Below, in pieces: positions 53,751 through 64,000 of a stretch of 64,000 nt of DNA (its first letter is position 1; every line of letters begins with the position of its first letter). This DNA comes from Adineta vaga (taxonomy: Eukaryota; Animalia; Rotifera), in the NCBI GenBank assembly GCA_021613535.1, contig CP075497.1, positions 8,122,001 through 8,186,000 on the forward strand, written 5' to 3'. Made by a program: the position numbers and the translations under genes. The notes beneath the pieces are model-generated. The model was not told the origin of the DNA and did not search any database. It was given only the letters and a program-made list of their open reading frames with translations.

Positions 53751-56700
53751 ATGATGTATCTTATGTCACAAACTATAGTCAACAACTAATAAGATACGTG
53801 CGTACACAAGTCGAGTCAACATGACTTTTGTAATAGTTTATTTAGAGCTCCGACTCTATGTACATGTATCGTCTTTATCTTAATGAACCTGTTGTCTATG
53901 TCTATGTCTATTGTCTTAGCTTACTTGACTGCGATTTGAATCGATGGCTAGTTGTTGTTGATTGTAATTAAAATGAATTCTCGTTTGATCAGTTCTTGTT
54001 AATAAATAATCATTTGAAACATGATCAACAAGAAAATTCTAAAAGATAATACATTTAAGATTACATCATATTTGTTCGAATACAAGGTTGAAAAAAAATA
54101 GAAGAGAAATGCGAGGTTAAATGACCAAAAAAATGTATGTATGTATGTATTTATGGACAAACACGAGAGTTTTTCGTGTAAATATCTTCTCTTAGTAAGT
54201 ATATGAAGACATTCTCATAGTTCCTTTTTTTTTCTCCTCTTCGCAATAAGATATTCATTCTGTTTCTGATCAGGTTTCTTTCAAAATTACTTAAACAGAA
54301 CAAAAATATAAGTTAATCATGTAGTTGTCAGGAAACCTTAAAGTAAAATTTTTCTTCTTATTTATCGAGAAAATTTTTACTTAAGAAATTGATCCTTATA
54401 AACGACAAGAAAAAAGAAATGATTGCTATAGATAACGAATAACTGGTAACTAAATTTATTCAATAACAGATACTATCTCATGTCTGAAATATTTCTTTAT
54501 TGTATCTATTTATAATATAAGAGCGACCTTTTCCAAAATAAAATTTCCATGAAAACTTATTCACATTGTTATATCTCAAGAATCAATTAACAAAATTGAT
54601 AGTATTCAAAAAGATAAATGAAGAGAAACAGAAAGCTCTTTCTGTTCAATTTACCTCCATTGTGTTCGAAAGCTGTTGTGTCTGTACAAGATCTTCCGGG
54701 ATCGAGTTGTCTTTCAATTTGCGTCCAACTGTACATAGTGTTTGTGATTTGTTCAATTAAAGAAATTGTATCGAATGTTCAGATATTGTTATTGATACTA
54801 CTGTCTACAATTGTCGTTATTATTAGTAGTATTATTGTTGTTGTTCACCACCAGCAATCGACTTGTTCGACAAGGTTTCAGATCTAAAGACATAGCAATC
54901 GATCGCACTTAACATAGAGAGAGAGAGAGAAAGAATAAGACAAAAGAGGCTTCCTTTTTTGCTGCTCATCATTTGAACAGAATAACAATGGACCTCTCAA
55001 AGAAACAGAAGAAGAGAAGGAGAAGGGTGGCAAGTAATAAGAGTGCATATTAAAGAAAAGAGACAAAACATGATGTTTTTCAAGAGAGACAAAAAGGAAC
55101 TTGATTGAGCGACATATTTCTACCTGTATACGCTAATCGATCGCAATTATTTATATATCTATCTATATATTTATAGTTAGAGAAAAGAAGAAGAAGAAAA
55201 AACGAGAAACATAAGGAGAGAAAAGGAGAAGATTTTGTAGAACCAAAATTCGAGAATATCAAGACAAGTAAAAAAGCAATGATAGAAATAAATAGGAGCA
55301 ACGAACAAGAATAAAAGAGAAAAAAGAAGGGAAAATGACGATTGTGTATGTGTATGTGCGAACAACGAGTTTTTTCCCTTTTTCGCCTCTATGCGTTCAT
55401 TCATAAAAGATTTGAGTAATTTGCACACAGATTTCTTTTCTTCTTCTCTCTCTCTCTCCTTTCTTTGAGTGATCAGAAGAGAGAAATAGCAGAGAAAAGG
55501 GAAGGAAAAATTTGAACAAAGAACAAGACGCAAGCGTACGTCGTGCGTAGCGAGAACATATTATTATGATTGTGTGTGTGATTGCACAAGCGAGAGAAAG
55601 TGATTGACGAGTGAGAACAGAGAAGAGAGAGAGAGAGAAACGAGGACGCCGAATGATCAGGTTGTGTATGGCGGTAGTACGCATTAATTATTCTCTTCTT
55701 CTACTTTCTTTTTTTTATTTTTTTTGTCATTTCAAAAAAGAATTTGAAATTGATGGTCTTATGTGCGTATATGTTTCCAAGTGCAAGCGATGCTCCCTCT
55801 TCAAATTCATCATAAATGTGTGTGGTTGTCCAAGAAACAGAAAGATTTCATTTATTAATTAGCAAACATAGAATTTTCTTTCTTTTCAAGCACATAAAGA
55901 AAAATTAACAACAAAAATCAATGTTCTTATTCGTCTATTCTCTTTGCTTTCTTTCTTTTCTCTGGTAATGTTTAAGATTGTCAACATGAGATATAGACCA
56001 GACAAGTCACAACGTTAAAGTGTTTGTGTATTTGAGTAATGAAATGAAAATAAGACGAGATGAGAATCAAGCAGAGAAGAGAGTTTTTGGAGATCAAAAT
56101 GACAACAGAAAATGAATATTCGTAAGAAAAAGACGACGATGACGATGATGATTATTATTATTGAACTTTTCTGTCTCAATCTTCTAACAAGAACATGTTT
56201 TAAGAGTCAAGTCAAGTAGTCAATCAAAATCTGAACTATTTGATTTCTTTTTCTATTTCTCAATATAACTATATATTGATAAGATTCTTTTATGAAACAT
56301 TTTCATTAAAAAGGTATATATTTATACATAAAAGTTTGTAAAGAAGAAAGAAACTTAAAATCATATGTACATAATAAAGATTGAATTCGAAGACAAGAAA
56401 AGAACTTTTGATTCGTTTTTTTATTGTCAGGAAAAAAACAACTGTCATATTTAGTTGTCGATTTTTCTTGGTTCAATAGTCGGTATGAAAAGAGAGAATG
56501 ATATTAGGAAAGAAGAAAAAAAAACGATTGCTTTCTTTTTTTTCCTTTCTTTTCTTTTCGTACAACTGAATGACAATTGTTCACAAAGTTAATCGACACA
56601 TTTTTTTTTTATTCAGTCAATAGAAGAAAAGAGAACAGTAAATCCTTGGAAAGCTGCTTACCGAATCTGACTCGTTCGCTCATATATACATACATATCAA

Positions 56701-57891
56701 TAACTCTCCAATAATAATACTCTTAAAAATATATATATATACATTACATACATACATCTATATACTTGTTAACTTTTGTGAAAGATGATGATGATGGTGT
56801 TATTATCTAAATAGAAAATCATTCAACATGCTAGTGATGATAGTCAATGCTGACGACAACACGCCTTTGCGCGCTATTCATTTGTCTCCTGAGACAGTGT
56901 AGAACGCGTGCGTACGCAGGAGGCAATAACAGCAAAAAAATCATTATGATCACCATCATCTTCTTCTTGTTCTCTCTCTCTCTCTTCTGCTTCGTTCTAC
57001 ACCCAGAGAGACTATTATCTGATTATCTTAAATACTTACGCGCTTCTCAGTATAAAATACCAAGTGTTACCTCTAGAGTCTTGTTCTCTTGTTCAAGAGC
57101 GAAATAACCAACGAAGATGATCACAAAAATTCCTTTCTCCTTTTCTGTCTCTATTGCTCTCATTTTCTCTATGTTTGAAATAATGAGACAACTGTCCGAT
57201 TGTCGTACTTGGATATTCTTTGCGAAAAAGGTCAACAAATGAAACAGAGTCAGTAAAAGATATAATGTCATAGTTCGTGTTATACAATTGTCATTGATAA
57301 CCTCAACATCGAGGTCAATATTTTCGATTCAATATATATATATAGTTTTGCACACAAAACAGTCTTCATTTATTCTTCTATTCTCTTTCAAGTAGACAAA
57401 AGACATGGATACTTCCATGTTTGCTATCGCATTGGGCCACACACATACAAATACATATTATTTATATATATATATAAAGAGGAAAAGAGAGGAAGAAGAG
57501 CAGATCCGTTCCGGAATAATTCGAAAAGGAAGACATCCAGAATCGATAATTGACATCATGAGACAGAGAAGAGAGAGAGAGAGGAAGAGGCATGCTTGAC
57601 AAGAGGAGATGCGCGTTCTCGCACACTTGATGGAATCGTTGAACGGCAATGACGATGAATGAGAAAGCGTAGTTCAAGAGAAAAAGAAGAAGAAGTCAGT
57701 TTCTTTTTCTTATTCTCTTACTACAACTCATATTCAACATAAATACATCGATTGATTATGCAAAGAGACAATTTCATTTAGAATTCACTTACTTCCTCCT
57801 AATCTACTAACTTTGCATTAAATTTAATTCGAAACCTTCTGTCGATCTATGATGACTGGAAGTACTAGTTTTTTCTTCTCAAGTTATTGTT

Positions 57892-57913
57892 CTTACTTAC
57901 TTACTTACTTACT
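57892..57913. repeat. (CTTA)n microsatellite; other (TA)n, (GA)n, (GTAT)n and (AGT)n tracts are scattered in non-coding DNA
   Basis: cttacttacttacttacttact read directly. Confidence 0.8.
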
Positions 57914-60900
57914 CCTTCATATGTGTTTAACAACAACAAAAAAAGAACTAAATGCCGGAAAAATTAGTAGAGGAAGTGCTAGGAAAATCAAAGTGACGCT
58001 AATTTAGACCAAAACCCTCTTTACTTTTTCTTATACAACTAATTTTTTGTTATACGAATAGTTTATTCTTCTTTTCTGACTTCTTTTTCTCGCTAACGAC
58101 AACAACACTTTCCGATTAACTTTTGTTCCCAATACACAACTGATACAATTGACTTCATTCAAACATTCTAGAAACAAAGAGTGTGTACCTTTTTCCTTTC
58201 TTGCCTTAAACTTCAGTTAAAAAACTTTCTAGACTAATGATTAGAATCGAAAAGAGGGATAGAGAGAGAGAGAAAGAGAAATACAGACAGACAGAGTAAA
58301 ACTCCAATGCCACTAATTCGATTATCTCGAATTGCAGTCTTCGTTCGTCCTCAAATTAACATGTTTGATTTTTAACGATTAAGCAACATTCTCATAATTT
58401 ATATCCATATGCATATAAGAGGGATCAAAGCAAGACAGACCGAAATCAATGATGTTGATGATGATGATGACGAGCAACGATCAAGTACTTGGCATAAGTA
58501 ATTTTCACTCGCACCCACTCATTCTTTAACTAACTCAAAAGAAATCTGTTCGACATCAATAATAGATACACCATTAAAAGGCCCACTAACAACATCATCA
58601 TATAAACGTCTGCATCTGAGTATGCGCGCACGCAATCTGAATGTATATACATTAAAATAGAAAAAAAGTCAAATTAAAACATCCATAAGAAGTAGTTGAC
58701 GTCGTTACTATTGTTTGATGTCTTTATCTATTGATAATATTACTCAATAAAGTGAATGAAACGATTAGATTGAAAAAAGTAATCATCGTCTATCGGAAGA
58801 AAACTCCTTAATCGTTTTCTCTTTTATCTTTACCTGAAGTATTGATTCCATTTTCTTCTTGTTTCTTTTGTATAGATTCTAAACTAAAAAGAAAAGTAAT
58901 CCATTCAATCAAAACAATTAGATCGTAGATAATACATTTGCTAATCAAAGAGCTGAATTACTTAGAATGGAAAAAAAATCTCATAAAATAGATTTTTAAT
59001 AACACGTCAAGAAATTCACGTCTTTTTCTCTAATCTTGTCGGTAGTTATCTGATCCTTGTTATTATGGATATATATATATATATGTCATTTAAAATTAGA
59101 TCTGGAGATCGATGAAAAAAATGTTCAGATCATCAAATATAATTGTTTTTTACTCTCTCTGTACAATCGAATTTTAAGAAAAGAACATTTATATTTAAAG
59201 TTAAATGTTCTTTACCTACACTGATGGGTACGATTGAGTTTCTGAAATATTTTACTCCTTTTGTCTATCGACTAGTAATGATTATTATTAGATATATATA
59301 TATATATAGAAGAAATAGAAGTTGCTTTTCGAGCACTTTTATAGCAATTATTGAGCTTTGCAATACATTATAATTATTTTTAGTTATTGTATACCATATG
59401 TAGTCAAAATAGAATTCGTCTTTCAATTACCAATTATTTAAATGATTAGAAAAAGAAGGAGGCGTTATTACCCCCGCACATATATTATCTATTCCTTGGA
59501 AAACATATGGATGCTAGTTCTTTACTTACAAGCAAATGCTAGAAGAAGAAAAAACAATCTTGTTATTGCTCTATAAATTGTAACTATTTCAAGGAAAATA
59601 AATTTTATTAAATGTAAAGAATAAATAATTGATTATATTTACTGAGAATTCAGTTTTAAATTAAACATAACATCAAGTAAAATTTCTTGTTATTTCTACA
59701 TCATTCATAGTTTAATGATAAGAATGATTGATCTGATGAAACTATGTTGTATTTCTCTCACATGAAAGAACAATTGTTAAGCTTTTTAATGTGTCTGAAT
59801 CAGTCATGTCATTATAGAAATGAGAAATAAACGGAAACAACCGGTATACAATTTGGTATGTAAAATGAATGGTTAGATTTTCAAAAAAAAAGTACAAAAG
59901 AAATCATCAGCAATGTCTATCTTAGACAGAAAAATAGAATAGTTACAAATTATTCTTATATTTTACTGTATTGTACTAATAGTCGTGTTTTGGAATAATT
60001 GACATATCTATCTGGATACATAGAGAGAGAATACTTTCCTACTAAATACATGATAATCAATGAAATCTTTAATGTAGCTACAGTCAGTTGTTCATCAACA
60101 CCCTCAACGATGCATATCATGGAAATAAGATTTCATATGATGAGAAACCATTTGGATTGCAAATATTATTTAGAAATCAAAATCTGATATAAAAGAAACA
60201 TTTATAAAATCATGTGTATATTTTTCATAGACAACACCTATAATACAATTTCGGTCAAACTAAGTTAATTGTCTATATAATAAAGCATGTTTGTTAATTT
60301 TCCATGATATTATTTCTTCATCATAATTATTTAAATACTCTACAAATTTCCTTGTCTGTTATATCGTATGTTATCGTTTCACAAAGAAACAAAAATGTAA
60401 AACTCATTTGAATTGCAAACTTTTTCATGAAATATTATATGGTTCAGCATGTGTATAATCGTATTAAACATAATAACATAGAAAATGCAGATGGTCCATG
60501 CTTAAATCAATCATAATGGACAGTCCATAAATCGATAGACAACTAACTGTAAATATTAGATTGAAAATAAACCATCTATTCTGACACAATTCGTTCATTG
60601 ATGGAATCTTTATAAAGAAACCATCTAAGCAATTTATAATTAAGCGTTTTGCAAATCTATGTGTCTTTTCTATCTACAGATTGAATATTTTCAGTTCACG
60701 ATTAAATTTCAATGAATGTTAATTAAAAGAAAAGAAATACGCCAAACTCATCCTGCTGAAGCACTATCATCCAAAATATCATTTCATGTATTGAATTATA
60801 ATATATGCCAAGAAGATGTCGCTAATTGTCAAAGTTACGAAAATAAAGGAATTGAACGTTAAAAAAACAGGAAAATATTGATACATCAGCTTAAAAGATA

Positions 60901-62176
60901 AATTCATCTAGTTTATGAAAATATTCTTGAGAAGGTATGTTTGACAGAAATGAAACAAAGACCAACGTTTTGATTGGTTACAATCGTCTTTTGTCCATCC
61001 TTTCTTGTTCTTGCTTGCTTCTTCGTGTCGTGTCGCGTTTGTGGTTAAGAAGTTGAAAACGAGCGATTGACTTGCACTGACTGACTCATGAAAAAAACAA
61101 CCCAACCCAATATTTTAATTTTCCATAGGCAGTTTGAGGTTTGTATTATAAAAGATAAAAACAGTTCTCGAATATCTCCCTTTTTCTACTAGTATTTCTC
61201 AATGCACTGCACGACTTTGTTTTTCTCTTTTCCTTTCCATCTCTCTATCTCTCTGTCATCTCTTTCCTGTAGTCACTACAGTTGACACACTATTCAGTAG
61301 AATATGCAAATCAATAATGTCATTAGAGCTTAGAAACATCAATAACACAATATGTGGTCCTCACTTCATAGGTGTTTAATAATTAATGGACGAGAAAATT
61401 GCAGATCGTATTCGAGCGTTTAATTTTAACTGCCTTCAGTTTTCTTTATAAAGTGTGATAATGATAGAAAAAGAAAAGTAAGTATACAGTATTACACCCG
61501 TATCGCGTTATGCATATAAAATCACCTTCATTCATCCTTGTAGACGTTCATTTTAATCAAACTTTTCCGCTTTTTCGATTCGGTTAATCGTATCTGATAC
61601 TATTAGTAAAACAGCTGCTAGCATGATGTCTGTTACACTTGGAAATGAACGAAGTTGAAATGATCACATTCTTTCTTTTTTTATTGTCTTTCCAATGATT
61701 TATTACACATTACCATAAAACATTATCTACTAGTCAACAAGAATGATCAAAAGTTGAAAAAAAAAGGTTTCTTTTTCTTTCGTCTATCAAATATGATTAG
61801 GTTGACTTGATGATTTTTCTGTGCTTCTCCTTTTCTTTCCTTTACTTAGTATCTATACATGATGTATGTATGTATGTATTTATGTGTGTCTGCTTATTCT
61901 CTTCCTTTGCGAGCATTCTTAGGGTGACCAATGATATATGAAAAGATGGTCATGTATAGAAGAGAGTGATTTTCGTTCTTTTCCGTCTGTCTGTTCTCTA
62001 GTGTGTCGCGAGCATAGCGGTCGTTCTTTGTCTATAGCGTTCACCGATGCTAATACATCGCTGCATATATGAACAGAGAAAAGGAAATGGCATAGAAAGA
62101 AGTTCAACATCAGACACTAATTTCTTTGTTATTTTTAGATTTGTTTTTATTGAATAGAGTAAAAAAATACAATACA

Positions 62177-64000
62177 ATGGCAGACACACTGATTGATGAC
62201 GAAACTATTGATGTTCGAACATCGTCGAATAGACCAGGAGCATCAACTACTAGTTCGCAAATAACAACGACGACACGTCGACCAATGTATATCGAAACTG
62301 AAGTACGTACCGATACGGTAACAACACGTCGAATGGCATCGGCTGCTGCTAACAGAAGCGTTCATGATGTACTTGAAAATACCAAATCGCCAACTCTGTA
62401 TGTATTTGTTTTCAATTAAGTTCTTTTTCTCTATTCAAGTATTGTTTTCTTTTGCTAGTGATCGACCACCGACAAGTTATTCTTACTCTCAAGGGTATGT
62501 AGATTTAAACTATTATTTTCAATGATAAGTCTTGCCTTAAGATAGAATTGAACTTCTTTTTCTGTTTTCTCGAAAAGTTCATTGTTAGTGATTTCTGATG
62601 GGCATTATCATAATCGAAAGTAATTAAGAAATTTAAACAAGTACATCGTATCGAATGATTTGAAGCTTAAGAAAATGAGCTTTAAATTGAATACCTTAGA
62701 GCGATAAAAAAAATAGCTCGAGGCTAAATGTATAAAAATATTGAGCTATCATTCATCACCATCATATATTCTTTCTAGTGCATTAATATCTTTTGTTCTT
62801 TAGCAATTCATATGCACCTGGGTCACGGTCTGGTGCATACGACATTTCTGCCGCATCTCGACGTAGTTCACATGGCGGCTATCAAAATGGTACGGAATCC
62901 ACTCTTGCATCAGCATTCTCATCACCATCTGAATTTTTGTCGACGGTTCGAACACAATTATCGAATGGTTATGATGCTGTCCGTGATCGTATAACTCAGT
63001 TTACTGGTCATCACGGTTTAGCACCTAATTCACCAACACGTGGTTTAACAAGTGGTGGTTCACGATATACCCGTACATCATCTCAATCATCGGCGACAGG
63101 TAGCCGATCGAAAGGATATAATCTTCGTTCGCGACCAGTTCATTCCACACCTCGAGATACTGATAGTGATCATACAAGTCATCGTAAAACAACAACAAAA
63201 CATCGAAAAGAACATAATCAACAGGGTGAAATTGATGAAGAAGATGATGACGAAGAAGAAGAAGAAGAACATAAAGGTCCACAATCTTATTTAAATAGAG
63301 CAATTCATTATATTAAACGAGTTTTTCGTTCACCCATCGATATTTTTGATACTGTCTGGAATAAATTAAAAGCTTTACCATGGTGGTTACTTATACCACT
63401 TTTATTACTTGTTGCCCTTTTTACTAGTAAGTTTCTTTCACGCATTGAACCATTTCATCTATTGATATCTTTATTCTATTTTAGTACCTCCTTTTGCTTG
63501 TAAACCATTAAAACATTTACTTCATCCTAAAGTAAATGATGCATGTCGCGATGTTCAACATTTGACAAAAGACTTAAGTGGTAGTACGTATGATTTTACT
63601 CGTCGCCATACGTATGACCGTGGTGTTCGTAATCTTAAACAAGTTTATGGTTCAGCACAAGATCTAAAAAATTCAGTATTAAACTCGTTGAATGATGTTT
63701 ATTATTCACTGAAACAAACTTTACGTGGTTCTGTGGGTGGCGTGAAAAATCGAGTTACTGATGCTGTTGAAACTACAGCAGAGAATGCAAAGGAATATTA
63801 TGATGCTGGTATTCAAAAAGTCAACCATCTTATCGAAGAACTTAAACAAGAAAGAGAAAAAATTCTTGGAGCGTAAGTGATTTTTTTTGTCAAAATCGAA
63901 TCACTGATTTATTCAATTCAATTCAATTCTATTTAGTCGACATACATTAAAACCCGATGAAGAAAAAGAATTATCAGCGGTATGTAAAACTTTAAAAAAG
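62177..64000 (+). CDS. Type II membrane protein, possibly SUN-domain nuclear-envelope protein (5' part; runs off window)
   Basis: Ser/Thr/Arg-rich N-terminus with YSYSQGNSY and YNLRSR, acidic tract, TM WWLLIPLLLLVALFT, then amphipathic/coiled-coil exons; the SUN domain itself is not in the window. Confidence 0.45.

Overview
AT-rich eukaryotic (animal) genomic DNA with compact multi-exon genes and mostly ~50-65 nt GT-AG introns. Composition and gene style suggest a bdelloid-type rotifer (inference only). Left to right: glycogen phosphorylase (+), RCC1 (+), ILRUN/C6orf106 (-), two tandem serine-palmitoyltransferase small-subunit genes (-; one is missing from the ORF track), a 3-exon orphan (-), a PRKX/PKA-like kinase (-), and CCDC66-like (-) and LRRC51 (+) head-to-head around two RFX X-boxes. 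A ~10.5 kb accessory block follows: a doubly frameshifted intronless E2 gene, an intronless orphan, and a very large NO VEIN/sacsin-like GHKL-ATPase + DUF3883 nuclease gene with two frameshifts. After it come a Toll-type LRR receptor lacking TIR (-), 14-3-3 (-), a membrane-anchored GNAT (-), a Pro/Gln-rich repeat protein (-), two neuropeptide precursors (an AKFASGLamide buccalin/allatostatin-A-like type and an unrecognised non-amidated -FW type), a small TM protein, a stand-alone KDM2-type CXXC-PHD gene (-), and the 5' part of a SUN-like type II membrane protein (+). I found no tRNA, rRNA, CRISPR array or clear autonomous transposon. Exon structures were assembled by eye and family calls come from recalled motifs, not database searches.
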